Of a stretch of 64,000 nt of DNA, positions 1-12,336 are shown in pieces. A model generated the notes under the pieces. The model made no database searches. It saw nothing but the letters and a program-made list of their open reading frames with translations, and had not been told where the DNA came from. Position 1 is the stretch's first letter; every line of letters begins with the position of its first letter. A program made the translations under genes and the position numbers. Source of the stretch: an uncultured Methanosarcinales archaeon. Its GTDB lineage: Archaea > Nanobdellota > Nanobdellia > Woesearchaeales > CAYSVS01. The DNA lies in assembly GCA_964589485.1 (NCBI GenBank), contig CAZPRK010000005.1:1-64000 (forward strand). Reading direction: 5' to 3'.

Positions 1-2
1 TT

Positions 3-74
3 AACTGTCAAATGAATATTCAGGATGAAATAGTTAGTAAACTGTCAAACTTGGGCTTCAGCATACGTCGATAA
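3..74 (+). CDS. 3' end of a gene running in from the left edge (partial, unknown product)
   Basis: Open frame NCQMNIQDEIVSKLSNLGFSIRR* ending at TAA 72-74, convergent with kae1. Confidence 0.4.
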   Translation, partial: NCQMNIQDEIVSKLSNLGFSIRR

Positions 75-83
75 TCCTTTACC

Positions 84-1058
84 TTAACGCCAACAAACTT
101 CTACATCATCAGTTCTTTCATAAGGTCTAATACTTGAATCTTTTAATTTAACTCCACCTTTATGCATTTTCAAACCACACCATGCAATCATAGCTCCATT
201 GTCAATATTAAACTGATTAGGTAGAATAAAGCATTTAGCACCTCTTTCTTTACACATAGATTGAGCCATTTCTTGTAACCTTTTATTACAAGCAACTCCG
301 CCACCTAATAATAATTCTTTTTTATCACAGTGAGCTAACGCTCTTTCTGCAACTTCAATTAACATTGCGAAAACATATTCTTGTAAAGAATAACATAAAT
401 CTTCTTTTGACATTCCAGAATTAAATTTTTGTTTTAAATTAGTTAATATTCCACCTAAATTAATATCCATTCCTTTTACTGAATATGGAATCGTAATTAA
501 ATTTTTACTTTTCAAAGCCATTTCTTCTACTTTGGGTCCACCTGGAAATCCTAACCCTATACTTCTTGCGAAACTATCTAAAAAATTTCCAACTCCAATA
601 TCTAATGTTTCTCCAAAAATTCTATATTTTCCTGATTCAAATGCAATTACTTGAGTATTAACTCCTGAAACATATAACAATACTGGATCTTTTGCAGTTG
701 TTAACATATTACCAACTTCTAAATGCGCAATACAATGATTTACTCCAATTAAGGGTTTATTATATTTTAAACTTAAATAACGTGCAATAAAGTGTCCAAT
801 TCTTAATGCATGTCCTTGCCCAGGACCTTGAGAAAATGCTATAACGTCAATATCTTTAAATTTTAATTTAGCTTGATCTAAAGCTCTGTTAATCACATCG
901 TCGCATATTTCAACATGATGATCTGCTACTTTAGCAGGAATCATTCCACCTTTTTCAGTTGTAAATAATTCCCTTTCATTTGCCAATACTTTTTTATCAT
1001 GAGTTACAATTCCAACTCCAAATGTATGAGCAGTACTTTCTATACCTAGACATATCAT
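84..1058 (-). CDS. kae1: tRNA N6-threonylcarbamoyltransferase Kae1 (KEOPS)
   Basis: LGIESTAHTFGVG start, VNHCIAH metal motif, GETLDIGVGN, GGVACN and IDNGAMIAW motifs. Confidence 0.95.
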   Translation of the reverse strand: MICLGIESTAHTFGVGIVTHDKKVLANERELFTTEKGGMIPAKVADHHVEICDDVINRALDQAKLKFKDIDVIAFSQGPGQGHALRIGHFIARYLSLKYNKPLIGVNHCIAHLEVGNMLTTAKDPVLLYVSGVNTQVIAFESGKYRIFGETLDIGVGNFLDSFARSIGLGFPGGPKVEEMALKSKNLITIPYSVKGMDINLGGILTNLKQKFNSGMSKEDLCYSLQEYVFAMLIEVAERALAHCDKKELLLGGGVACNKRLQEMAQSMCKERGAKCFILPNQFNIDNGAMIAWCGLKMHKGGVKLKDSSIRPYERTDDVEVCWR

Positions 1059-1149
1059 TATATGTTAAAAAATACTTTTATTTTTAAAGGTTTAGTTAAA
1101 ATAACCCATATGGATTAAATTTAAATTCTATTTTAATTTTAACATTTAT

Positions 1150-1389
1150 ATGACAATTAAATATCTAATAGCGCTTTGGAAAGGCGAATATGAAGCAAAA
1201 TATGAAGTTTCAGATAGTCCTAATATGATGGCTGAAAAAGTTTGTGAAACAGTAGGTGCTACAATAGTTTATAGAGGAAATTTACTAAACCCAGAAGGCA
1301 TTGAAATAATTGAAAATTTCATAAAAGAAACTAATGAAATTGGTAAATTTGATCCAAAAGCACTAGAAAATAAGCTTAAAAAAGAATAA
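1150..1389 (+). CDS. hypothetical protein (79 aa)
   Basis: ORF with normal composition preceded by a TTTAAAT TATA-like box. Confidence 0.6.
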   Translation: MTIKYLIALWKGEYEAKYEVSDSPNMMAEKVCETVGATIVYRGNLLNPEGIEIIENFIKETNEIGKFDPKALENKLKKE

Positions 1390-1417
1390 CTTTTTTAAAC
1401 CCTGAAATCATACTATA

Positions 1418-3319
1418 TTGATGGTTTTTGATGATTTTATTAAAGAAGTAAAAAAATACAATCCAAATGCGAATTCTGATTTAATTAGAAAGGCTTATAA
1501 TTTTTCAAAAGAAGCACATAAAGGTCAAAAAAGAATTTCTGGGGATGATTATTTTGTTCATCCAGTAGGTGTAGCTGAAATTTTAATTAAATTGAGAGCA
1601 GATACTGCTACAATTTGTGCAGCTTTATTACATGATGTCCCTGAAGATACTAAAGTTACAATTAAAGAAATTGAAGAAAAATTCGGAAAAGAAATTGAAG
1701 ATTTAGTTCAAGGAATGACTAAATTTAAAAAAATTACATTTATAAAAAAAGAAGATTATAAAGCCGAAAATTATAGAAAAATATTATTAGCTAGTTCTAG
1801 AGATATTAGAGTTATGCTAATCAAATTAGCAGATAGATTACATAATATGAGAACATTAAAAGATTTAAGACCAGATAAACAAAAACGTATAGCTGAAGAA
1901 ACAATGACAGTATATGCACCAATTGCATATAAGTTAGGTGTAGGTTACATTAAGGGTGAATTAGAAGATTTAAGTTTAAGATATTTAGAACCAAAAGTAT
2001 ATCAATACTTAAAAGCTAAAATTTCAGAAAAAAGAGATGAAAGAGAAACTAAAACTCAAAACATTATAAAACAAATTAAATATTTAATTAAAAAAAATAA
2101 TATTCATGCTGAAGTTACAGGTAGAGCAAAATATTTCTATAGTATTTATCAAAAAATGAAAAAAGATAATAAAACTTTTAATGATATATTTGATTTAATT
2201 GCTGTAAGAATTATTACAGATACTCCTAAAAATTGTTATAGAGTTTTTGAATTAATTCATAATAAATGGGACCCTGATTTAGGAAGGTTCAAAGATTTTA
2301 TTGAAAACCCAAAACATAATGGATATCAATCATTACATACAACTGTTCTTGGTCCATATAATAAAAAGCTAGAAATCCAAGTAAGAACTAAAGATATGCA
2401 TGATTTTGCAGAGGAAGGTGTTGCTGCACATTGGAAATATAAAGGAACAGAAAAAGATAGAAAATTCGAAAAGAAAATTAGATGGATTAAACAATTACTT
2501 GACTGGAAAAGAACAAATAAAGATGCAATTGAAGTTATAGAAGATCTAAATATTGATTTATTTGCAAACGAAATTATAACGTTTACACCTTCAGGTGATC
2601 CTATTTCTCTCCCACTAAATGCAACTCCTGTTGACTTTGCATATGCAGTCCATACTAACCTTGGAAAAGAATGTAATCAAGCTAAAGTTAATGAAAAAAT
2701 TGTTCCTTTAGATTATCAATTAGATTCTGGGGATTTAGTTGAAATAATTACTAAAAAAAACTCTAAACCTAATAGACAATGGTTAAACTTTGTTAAATCA
2801 TCAATGGCTAAAGCTAAAATTAAACAAGCATTAGGAATGCCTCCAGAAAAACCAAAAAAAGATATCGATATAGATGAAAGAGAACAATTAATTCTTTCAG
2901 AACATATAGAAATAAAAGGAAAAAAATATCCACTTAAAATAAGTAAATGTTGTAAACCTAATAAAAAAAATAAAATTGTTGGTTTCTTAACAAAAGATAA
3001 AAAAATTACAGTACATAATCAAGAATGTTTTATCATGAAAAATGAAAAAAATAAAGTTGAATTAAATTGGATTAAACTTGAAGATAAATATGAAAAAGAA
3101 TTTGTAGTAGTTGCTAACGATACACCTGGTTTTATTAAAGAAGTTTTAAACGTAATCACTAGAGCAAAAGTTTTAATTAAATCTATTAATACAAGAAACT
3201 CAAAGGGACATATTGTTTTAGAATTAAAAGTTCATTCTACAGATGAATCTTTATTAAAAGATATTCTTAGAAAAATTAGAAGATTTCAAGAAAGTCTAGA
3301 TGTAAGATTAAAAAAATAA
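1418..3319 (+). CDS. rel: long RelA/SpoT homolog, bifunctional (p)ppGpp synthetase/hydrolase
   Basis: HD hydrolase (LLHDVPED, IKLADRLHNMRTL), synthetase (YSIYQKM, RFKD, NGYQSLHT, EIQVRT, AAHWKYK), TGS (TPVDFAYAVHT), SKCC zinc finger, ACT-like C-terminus. Confidence 0.93.
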   Translation: MMVFDDFIKEVKKYNPNANSDLIRKAYNFSKEAHKGQKRISGDDYFVHPVGVAEILIKLRADTATICAALLHDVPEDTKVTIKEIEEKFGKEIEDLVQGMTKFKKITFIKKEDYKAENYRKILLASSRDIRVMLIKLADRLHNMRTLKDLRPDKQKRIAEETMTVYAPIAYKLGVGYIKGELEDLSLRYLEPKVYQYLKAKISEKRDERETKTQNIIKQIKYLIKKNNIHAEVTGRAKYFYSIYQKMKKDNKTFNDIFDLIAVRIITDTPKNCYRVFELIHNKWDPDLGRFKDFIENPKHNGYQSLHTTVLGPYNKKLEIQVRTKDMHDFAEEGVAAHWKYKGTEKDRKFEKKIRWIKQLLDWKRTNKDAIEVIEDLNIDLFANEIITFTPSGDPISLPLNATPVDFAYAVHTNLGKECNQAKVNEKIVPLDYQLDSGDLVEIITKKNSKPNRQWLNFVKSSMAKAKIKQALGMPPEKPKKDIDIDEREQLILSEHIEIKGKKYPLKISKCCKPNKKNKIVGFLTKDKKITVHNQECFIMKNEKNKVELNWIKLEDKYEKEFVVVANDTPGFIKEVLNVITRAKVLIKSINTRNSKGHIVLELKVHSTDESLLKDILRKIRRFQESLDVRLKK

Positions 3320-3324
3320 AAAAA

Positions 3325-3849
3325 TTATTTGCTCTTAGATTCTTTAACTTCTTCCTTAGGAGTTTCTTCCTTAACAGGTTCAGCTTTAACTTCTTCCTTA
3401 GGAGTTTCTTCCTTAGCAGATTCAGCTTTAACTTCTTCCTTAACAGGTTCAGCTTTAACTTCTTCTTTAGGAGTTTCATCCTTAGCAGGTTCAGCTTTAA
3501 CTTCTTCCTTAGGAGCACCAGTAGTCTTAGCCTTCAAAGCTTTTAACTTATCTTTCACAGACTCTTCTTTAGGTTCTTCCTTAACTTCAGTTTTTTCAAT
3601 TTTGAATCCATCTAATTCAGCATAAACTTTTTCTTCATCTTTAAGAACGTTAACTTTTACATGATGAGGAGGATTTCTCATTCCTTTACTCCAGATTGCT
3701 TCATTAAGATGTTTTCCTATACTTAAATTAACACTCTTCATATGTTTAATTAAAAATTCTTTCAATGCTTTAATAGCTTTTTTAGCTCTTTTATATCTAG
3801 GAACTTTTAACCATTCTCTTCTTAAAGGTATATTATATGATCTTTCCAT
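3325..3849 (-). CDS. rpl31e: 50S ribosomal protein eL31 with repetitive acidic C-terminal tail
   Basis: ERSYNIPLR...PRYKRAKKAIK...NEAIWSKG..NPP motif; follows rps19e and rpl39e. Confidence 0.93.
   Translation of the reverse strand: MERSYNIPLRREWLKVPRYKRAKKAIKALKEFLIKHMKSVNLSIGKHLNEAIWSKGMRNPPHHVKVNVLKDEEKVYAELDGFKIEKTEVKEEPKEESVKDKLKALKAKTTGAPKEEVKAEPAKDETPKEEVKAEPVKEEVKAESAKEETPKEEVKAEPVKEETPKEEVKESKSK
3335..3515 (-). repeat. in-frame tandem repeats encoding (P)KEEVKAE(P/S)(A/V)K(E/D)ET in the eL31 tail
   Basis: Repeated ttcagctttaacttcttc units on the + strand. Confidence 0.85.
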
Positions 3850-3855
3850 TTTTAA

Positions 3856-4029
3856 TCACGCTTTAGTTTTAGTCCTTCGCCAGGATCTTTTTATTGCTGT
3901 ATGTCTTCCAGGATGAACTCTTCTAGTTTTACCGTATATTTTAGGAACAGTCCAGAAAGGTGCCCATCTTGTTCGTTTACCAAGTTTAATTAACCTTAAT
4001 TTTCTGCTTAAGTGTTTATATTTTGCCAT
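3856..4029 (-). CDS. rpl39e: 50S ribosomal protein eL39 (57 aa, not in ORF track)
   Basis: Manual translation MAKYKHLSRKLRLIKLGKRTRWAPFWTVPKIYGKTRRVHPGRHTAIKRSWRRTKTKA; WRRTK motif; lies between rps19e and rpl31e. Confidence 0.9.
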   Translation of the reverse strand: MAKYKHLSRKLRLIKLGKRTRWAPFWTVPKIYGKTRRVHPGRHTAIKRSWRRTKTKA

Positions 4030-4031
4030 AT

Positions 4032-4460
4032 CTATTCACCTAATATGTTCTTGGCAACTTTATCCAATAACTCCTTTCCTTCTTTAGTAACAATCCTACC
4101 TTTATGTACACCTTTTTCTGTATGTCTAATTAACTTTGCACTTTCTAATTGTTGTAGGACTTTCCTAATAATATTTCCAGAAGATTTGTAAAATTTAGAT
4201 GGTTTATTTCCTCTATTTTTTCTACTTCCATATTTAACTCTTAATTTTTCAGTTCCAACTGGACCTAAAAGTAATACTTTCCTTAAGACTGCTGCAGCTC
4301 TAACATACCACCAGTTTTTATTTACTGGAGGCCTCTCTCTACTAATTCCAGTCTTTACAAAGCTTGCCCAAGCCTCAGGCTTAATATTTTCGTTTTTTTC
4401 AAGCTCTAAAGCCGTATTTTCTATCAATTTTGTTGAATCAACATCAAAAAACCTTCTCAT
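4032..4460 (-). CDS. rps19e: 30S ribosomal protein eS19
   Basis: WASFVKTG, ERPP, WWYVRAAAVLRK, SGNIIRKVLQQLE motifs. Confidence 0.95.
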   Translation of the reverse strand: MRRFFDVDSTKLIENTALELEKNENIKPEAWASFVKTGISRERPPVNKNWWYVRAAAVLRKVLLLGPVGTEKLRVKYGSRKNRGNKPSKFYKSSGNIIRKVLQQLESAKLIRHTEKGVHKGRIVTKEGKELLDKVAKNILGE

Positions 4461-4562
4461 TATAAAATCACCTTTATTTAGGCCTCGATAACCAGTTACT
4501 CAAAAATAAGAGCTTATATTTAAATGTTATGCAAGTTAAGACTAATAGAATTAATACTAAAT

Positions 4563-4958
4563 TTAATGTCTTTTTCTCAACAGTTTCTTAATAATATCTA
4601 AATCCTTCTGAATATCTTGAATTTCTCTTTCAGCTTTACGATTAACCATGTAATCATATTTAGCATTTAACCTATCCCTTTCAGCTTCCCTATTATTACT
4701 CATTAAAATAATAGGTGCTTGTAAAGCAGCTAAACAAGATAAAACAAAATTAAGTAAAATAAAAGGATAAGGGTCCCAGGAAAAATAAGTTGCATTCAAC
4801 CATGACCAAATAAAAATTAAAAATAATACACTAACTATAAAACTCCAAGAACCAGCAATTCTTGTTAACCAATCAGCATATCTTTGACCAAAACTTAATT
4901 TAGTTTGATATGCAGGATGAGCTTCTTTTTTTTTATGAATTATACTATTTAAAGACAT
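4563..4958 (-). CDS. DUF1003 family membrane protein
   Basis: FGQRYAD...GSWSF...WDPYPFILLNFVLSCLAALQAPIILMS; start moved to the ATG at 4958. Confidence 0.85.
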   Translation of the reverse strand: MSLNSIIHKKKEAHPAYQTKLSFGQRYADWLTRIAGSWSFIVSVLFLIFIWSWLNATYFSWDPYPFILLNFVLSCLAALQAPIILMSNNREAERDRLNAKYDYMVNRKAEREIQDIQKDLDIIKKLLRKRH

Positions 4959-5129
4959 TACTAAATTTATTGTAATTTGATTTAAAAACTTTGCGATTAT
5001 AATAAAACAACTTCTCTTAATCAAAGTTTTATAATGTATGGTTTATAATTTTGCTTAAGTTTAATAATAAAACTAACCCCACTAAACCTTATAGAAAATA
5101 TTAAATACACCAAATAACTAAAACCCTAT

Positions 5130-5465
5130 ATGAAATTCAATTACCTTCATTGGAAACCAAGACTTCTAGCAATAGCATTAATTTTTTTCACAGCAATTCT
5201 ATCAAGAAGAATTTTTAACATAAATTTAGACATCAACCCTAATTTAGAATTTTTAATACTATTAACACCTACATACATTCTTATTGCTGCTACAATATAC
5301 GCTTGGCATTATGAAAAAGAAGGAGGAATATATTTTTTAGCGTTATCAATGTTATTCGCACTACTTAATTTTAGTAACGATAATTTCACAATATTAACTT
5401 CAATAAGTTTAATTACTTTTTTAATAGGAATTTTATTTATATTAAGTGAATTCAAACGCCAATAA
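5130..5465 (+). CDS. small integral membrane protein
   Basis: About four hydrophobic segments. Confidence 0.65.
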   Translation: MKFNYLHWKPRLLAIALIFFTAILSRRIFNINLDINPNLEFLILLTPTYILIAATIYAWHYEKEGGIYFLALSMLFALLNFSNDNFTILTSISLITFLIGILFILSEFKRQ

Positions 5466-6284
5466 CCTTTCATTTTTATCATATTCATGAATTAATTTTT
5501 CATTTTTAAAAACTTTAATTTTCTTCTTCCCTAAAAGTACATTGTTTCCAGAATTAAAAAAATTATAATTTTCATTTGCTGCAATAAATAAAGTTTTTTT
5601 ATAACTTATAAATTCACCCGTAGTTTGAGTCGTGTCAAAACCTAAAACTCCAGTCTTTTTATCAAAAAAAACTAAATTCATTAATTTCTTTTTTAACTCA
5701 AATGCAAATTCAGGGTTTTCTTTAGATATTAAATTATAAGCTGTTTTTCCTAACTTAATACTTTCCATACAATTATGTTTACAAGGAAAATGACTTATTA
5801 ATGCAAAACCAAAAAACCTCATTAAGTTATTTGTATAATAACTAAAACTAGTACTATTTCTATGGGTTATAGGTGCAAAGTCATCCCCATAATCTTTTGC
5901 TTCTTTATAATTTGTAACGTAAAATTCCCTACAACATTCAGGATATCCAAATAATTCTCCTACTTTTTTATCATCAAAATCTTCTTCTGCTTCCTTTGCT
6001 TCTAAAGCTTTATTTTCATCTTTAGAAAAATATACAAAAAAACTTCCACTAACATCTGATTCTTTATCAATAATACAAGTTTTATTTACAATTTTAAAAC
6101 TACTAACTGCAAAATATAAACCAATGTTAGAACAAAATTCATTTATTTCTTTTAATTTAGATTCAGAAACAACAATTCTTGAAACTGGTTTTAGTTCATG
6201 TAATGTTAAAAAAATTTCTAAAGCTTCATCAAGTTTTGGAAAACAAAACATTATATTTTGATAATTATAACTCAAGTTATACAT
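5442..6284 (-). CDS. DUF483-like protein
   Basis: GELFGYPECC and ISHFPCKHNCMES motifs. Confidence 0.7.
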   Translation of the reverse strand: MYNLSYNYQNIMFCFPKLDEALEIFLTLHELKPVSRIVVSESKLKEINEFCSNIGLYFAVSSFKIVNKTCIIDKESDVSGSFFVYFSKDENKALEAKEAEEDFDDKKVGELFGYPECCREFYVTNYKEAKDYGDDFAPITHRNSTSFSYYTNNLMRFFGFALISHFPCKHNCMESIKLGKTAYNLISKENPEFAFELKKKLMNLVFFDKKTGVLGFDTTQTTGEFISYKKTLFIAANENYNFFNSGNNVLLGKKKIKVFKNEKLIHEYDKNERLLAFEFT

Positions 6285-6317
6285 TCGACAAAAAAATCAC
6301 ATGTTATTTATAAAGCT

Positions 6318-7655
6318 TTAGGGTTCATAACGTAAAGCAGTTCTAGGAAACGCAATTGCATCTTTAATTGTTTCTAATCCACATATCCATGAAATAATTC
6401 TTTCAACTCCTAACCCGAAACCTCCATGAGGAATACTTCCATACCTTCGAGTATCTAAATAAAATTCATAATCTTTAAGGTCTTCTCCTTGATCTTTTAA
6501 CCTTTTTTTCAATTTATCTAAATCTTCTTCTCTTTGACTTCCACCTATAATTTCACCATACCCTTCAGGAGCAATAAAATCACATCCTTGAACAGCTTTA
6601 GGATTCCCTTCAACTTCTTTCATGTAGAAAGCTTTAACTTTAGTAGGGTAATTAGAAACAATTATTGGAACGTCATATAATTGACTTAATTTATCTTCTT
6701 CAATTGTTCGTAAATCTTTTCCCCATTCAACTTTCATTTTACATTTTTTATCAAGAATTTTTAAAGCTTCATCATATGTCATTCTTACAAATTTTTTCTT
6801 AGCTGTAGGTTCTAATTTACTTAAATCTCTTCCCAATAATTTTAATTCATTTTTATTATTTTTTAAAACATTTTTCATTACATGTTTTAATAACCCTTCA
6901 CCATAATCTTTAATTTTTTCAAAGTTACTCCATGCCAATTCCATTTCAGCATGCCAATATTCAGTTAAATGCCTGGAAGTTTTACTATTTTCAGCTCTAA
7001 AACTTGGAGCAATAGTATATATTTTTTCCAACCCAAAAATTCCAGCTTCTGCATGTAATTGCCATGTTTGAGCTAAAAATAACTTTTTACCAAAATAATT
7101 TACTTCAAATAAAGATGATCCTCCTTCACATTGTGAAGACATAAACACAGGAGAATGATATTCAAAAAAACCTTGACTTCTAAAATATTCATGAATTGCT
7201 CCAAAAACTGTACTTCTTATTTTTAATATTGCAACCATTTTCCTAGACCTAATCCATAAATGCCTTTTATCTGCAAGAAGTTCTGGACTTTGATCTTTTC
7301 CAATTGGAAATTCGTTACTAGAACCAATAATTTCAATATCAGAAACGTGAACTTCGTATCCAGTAGGAGCTCTTGCTTCTTTTTTAATTTCGCCAACAAT
7401 ACGTAAACTAGCTTCTATTTGTATTTTATCTACTTCTGAAAATTTTTCTTCACCAACTTTATCTTTAGATATAACACATTGAACAATATTAGAGGAATCA
7501 CGTAAATTTATAAATTTTAATTTGTTACTACCTCTTTCACGATGTACCCAACCAAGTAATTCTACTTTACCCTTTCCTTTATCCATTGCATCTTGAATTG
7601 ACATTTTTTTAAGCATAATTAGATAAATAAAAGAATTCTTTTTAAACTTTTTCAA
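6318..7655 (-). CDS. asnS: asparagine--tRNA ligase (true start probably a downstream Met)
   Basis: OB fold (LRDSS), RHLWIRS, EGGSSLF, FRAENSKTSRHLTEYWHAEME, GEIIGGSQRE, PHGGFGLGVER. Confidence 0.9.
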   Translation of the reverse strand: MKKFKKNSFIYLIMLKKMSIQDAMDKGKGKVELLGWVHRERGSNKLKFINLRDSSNIVQCVISKDKVGEEKFSEVDKIQIEASLRIVGEIKKEARAPTGYEVHVSDIEIIGSSNEFPIGKDQSPELLADKRHLWIRSRKMVAILKIRSTVFGAIHEYFRSQGFFEYHSPVFMSSQCEGGSSLFEVNYFGKKLFLAQTWQLHAEAGIFGLEKIYTIAPSFRAENSKTSRHLTEYWHAEMELAWSNFEKIKDYGEGLLKHVMKNVLKNNKNELKLLGRDLSKLEPTAKKKFVRMTYDEALKILDKKCKMKVEWGKDLRTIEEDKLSQLYDVPIIVSNYPTKVKAFYMKEVEGNPKAVQGCDFIAPEGYGEIIGGSQREEDLDKLKKRLKDQGEDLKDYEFYLDTRRYGSIPHGGFGLGVERIISWICGLETIKDAIAFPRTALRYEP

Positions 7656-7700
7656 TATTTAATGCAATATATTTATTAAATAGCAAAAGAAACAGAAAAT

Positions 7701-8393
7701 ATGAAAGATTTTGAAATAATGCGAGCACCAATGGAAGGAGAATCTAGCCCTGAATCTAGAGAATTATGTTTTGAAAAAGGTGCAACTTCAGTATTTACAG
7801 AAATGGCTAGAGTATCGGCTTTAGCTAGAAACAACAAAAGTACTTTAGAAAAAATTAAAATTGAAAAACCAATCCCAACTTATATCCAGTTAAGTGTATC
7901 AAATGAAAAAGATTTAACTAAATTTCTAAATAATTTTACTCCACAAAAAGGATTTATGGGATTTAATATAAATTTAGGATGTCCTAGCCCAGATCATATT
8001 AATAGAGGGTTAGGTTGTGCAATGATAAAAAGAATTAATAAAGTTAAAAAAATAGTTCAAATAATTAAAAATCATAATTACCCAGTTTCAATAAAACTTA
8101 GATTAGGGTTAAATGGGTTTGAAAAGAAAAATAAAGTTTATCTTAATCTAATAAAAGAAGTAGATGCTGGTTTTTTCATTGTCCATGCAAGACATGGAAA
8201 AGAAAATAGTAAAGACCCAGCTGATTTTAATGTTTACCCAGAATGTGTTAAAACTAAAAAAGTAATTATTGCAAACGGAGACATTACAACAAAAGAACAA
8301 ATAGAGGACTTAAAGTCCATGGGAGTTAGAGGAGTAATGATTGGTAGGTTAGCTGTTAAGAATCCTAATGTGTTTAGTATTTTGAAGGATTAA
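7701..8393 (+). CDS. dus: tRNA-dihydrouridine synthase family protein (short form)
   Basis: APM, TEM, NINLGCP, SIKLRLG, VHAR, IANGDI, VMIGR motifs. Confidence 0.88.
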   Translation: MKDFEIMRAPMEGESSPESRELCFEKGATSVFTEMARVSALARNNKSTLEKIKIEKPIPTYIQLSVSNEKDLTKFLNNFTPQKGFMGFNINLGCPSPDHINRGLGCAMIKRINKVKKIVQIIKNHNYPVSIKLRLGLNGFEKKNKVYLNLIKEVDAGFFIVHARHGKENSKDPADFNVYPECVKTKKVIIANGDITTKEQIEDLKSMGVRGVMIGRLAVKNPNVFSILKD

Positions 8394-8424
8394 TTTTAAT
8401 ATTTAAATTAAAATATAGTAAAAA

Positions 8425-10581
<2,157 letters not shown>

Positions 10582-10602
10582 TCTAAGCTTTAATTAAAAA
10601 AA

Positions 10603-12279
10603 CTAATACTTAATCCCTAACTCTTTCAACATTTCTTTATCTGGCTTGCTAGGACATTCATCCATTGGATTTTCCATTGCTTTATTTTTAGGGAAGGCAA
10701 TTACTTCTCTGATATCGTTAGTATTACATAACATTGCAATTAATCTGTCAAATCCAAACGCTATGCCACCATGCGGTGGAGCTCCATACTTGAAAGAATT
10801 TAATAAAAATCCAAATGCTTTCTCAGCTTGTTTAAAACTCATCCCTATTACTTCTAAAACTTTTTCTTGAACATCTTTTTGATGAATCCTGATACTTCCA
10901 CCACCAAGTTCAGTTCCATTCAATACTAAATCATGTAAATAACCAGTAACTAATCCTGGTTTAGAAAAATCCATTTGCATTGGCATTGAAAAAATGTGAT
11001 GCATTGGTTTCCACTTACCTTCATCTTCTTCAAATAAAGGAAATTCAGTAACCCAAACAAATTCTAACTTTTTATCATCATATAGCTTTAATTCTTTTCC
11101 AAAATGTAACCTTAAGTGAGCTAACGCATCATTACAAACTTTATAAGTATCTGCAACTAAAAACATAGTTTCGCCTTTTTTTATTTTAGTAGCTTTAATT
11201 AAATTACTTTTAACTTCATCAGATAAAAATTTTGCAACTGGTCCTTCTAAAGTTTTTTCATATTTCAAATAAACTAAACCTTTTGCATTATAAGTTTTAA
11301 CAAAGTCAGTTAATTTATCACATTCCTTTCTTGAAAATTCCTTAGGAGCAACAATAGCTTTAACTAAATCTGCATGAAACACTTTAAAATCACTTTCTTT
11401 AACAACTTCTGTAACATCTACTAATTTCATGTCAAACCTTAAATCAGGCCTATCTATTCCATAGTTGCTCATTGCATCACAATAAGTCATTCTTCTAAAA
11501 GGAGTTTTTAATTTAACATTTTTAACTTTTTCAAATATATGTTTAACCAAATCTTCACCTAACTTAATAATGTCATCTTGTTCAACAAAACTCATTTCAA
11601 TATCAATCTGAGTAAATTCAGGTTGTCTATCTTGTCTTAGGTCTTCATCTCTAAGACATTTAGCTATTTGATAATATTTATCTACACCTGCAACCATTGA
11701 AATTTGTTTATACAATTGCGGACTTTGAGGAAGAGAATATACACTTCCATTATGTAACCTTGAAGGAACAATAAAATCTCTAGCACCCTCAGGTGTACTT
11801 CTAATCAATAAAGGAGTTTCAATATGTAAAAAATCATGCTTATCCATAAACTCATGAACTGCGATTGTAGCTTTATGTCTTGCTTTAACATTAGATAAAT
11901 TTTGTCTTAAATCTAAATATCTATATTTTAATCTTGTATCTTCATTACTTTCAACTTGTCCTGACATATCAATAGGAAGGTTATCACATTCATTAAGAAT
12001 ATTAATTTTCTCACAAACAATTTCAATTTCGCCAGTTTTTATATTTTTATTTACAATCCCTTTAGGTCTTTTCACAACTTTTCCTTGAATTTGTACAACA
12101 GATTCTTCTTTTAAATCAACTTTATCTTTAAAAACAATCTGAGTTATTCCATATCTATCTTTTAAGTTAGTAAAAGAAATCCCACCATGTTCTCTAACGC
12201 CATTAACCCATCCACATAAAGTTACTTTCTTACCTACATGTTTCAAAGTTAATTCGTTACAAGTATGAGTTCTAAGCAT
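10603..12279 (-). CDS. aspS: aspartate--tRNA ligase, bacterial type (with GAD insertion)
   Basis: MLRTHTC start, RLKYRYLDLR, STPEGARDF, LPQSPQLYKQ, DRQPEFTQID, GGGSIRIH, GAPPHGGIAFGFDR. Confidence 0.93.
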   Translation of the reverse strand: MLRTHTCNELTLKHVGKKVTLCGWVNGVREHGGISFTNLKDRYGITQIVFKDKVDLKEESVVQIQGKVVKRPKGIVNKNIKTGEIEIVCEKINILNECDNLPIDMSGQVESNEDTRLKYRYLDLRQNLSNVKARHKATIAVHEFMDKHDFLHIETPLLIRSTPEGARDFIVPSRLHNGSVYSLPQSPQLYKQISMVAGVDKYYQIAKCLRDEDLRQDRQPEFTQIDIEMSFVEQDDIIKLGEDLVKHIFEKVKNVKLKTPFRRMTYCDAMSNYGIDRPDLRFDMKLVDVTEVVKESDFKVFHADLVKAIVAPKEFSRKECDKLTDFVKTYNAKGLVYLKYEKTLEGPVAKFLSDEVKSNLIKATKIKKGETMFLVADTYKVCNDALAHLRLHFGKELKLYDDKKLEFVWVTEFPLFEEDEGKWKPMHHIFSMPMQMDFSKPGLVTGYLHDLVLNGTELGGGSIRIHQKDVQEKVLEVIGMSFKQAEKAFGFLLNSFKYGAPPHGGIAFGFDRLIAMLCNTNDIREVIAFPKNKAMENPMDECPSKPDKEMLKELGIKY

Positions 12280-12336
12280 TTTATACTTAGTTCAATTATT
12301 TAGTATTTAAAGTTATTGATAGAATTGTAAATTAAA

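Noticed and set aside
3276..3625. Repetitive ORFs 3276-3518 and 3329-3625; possible CRISPR-like array
   Set aside because: Alternative frames of the eL31 coding repeat; there are no unique spacers and no cas genes.
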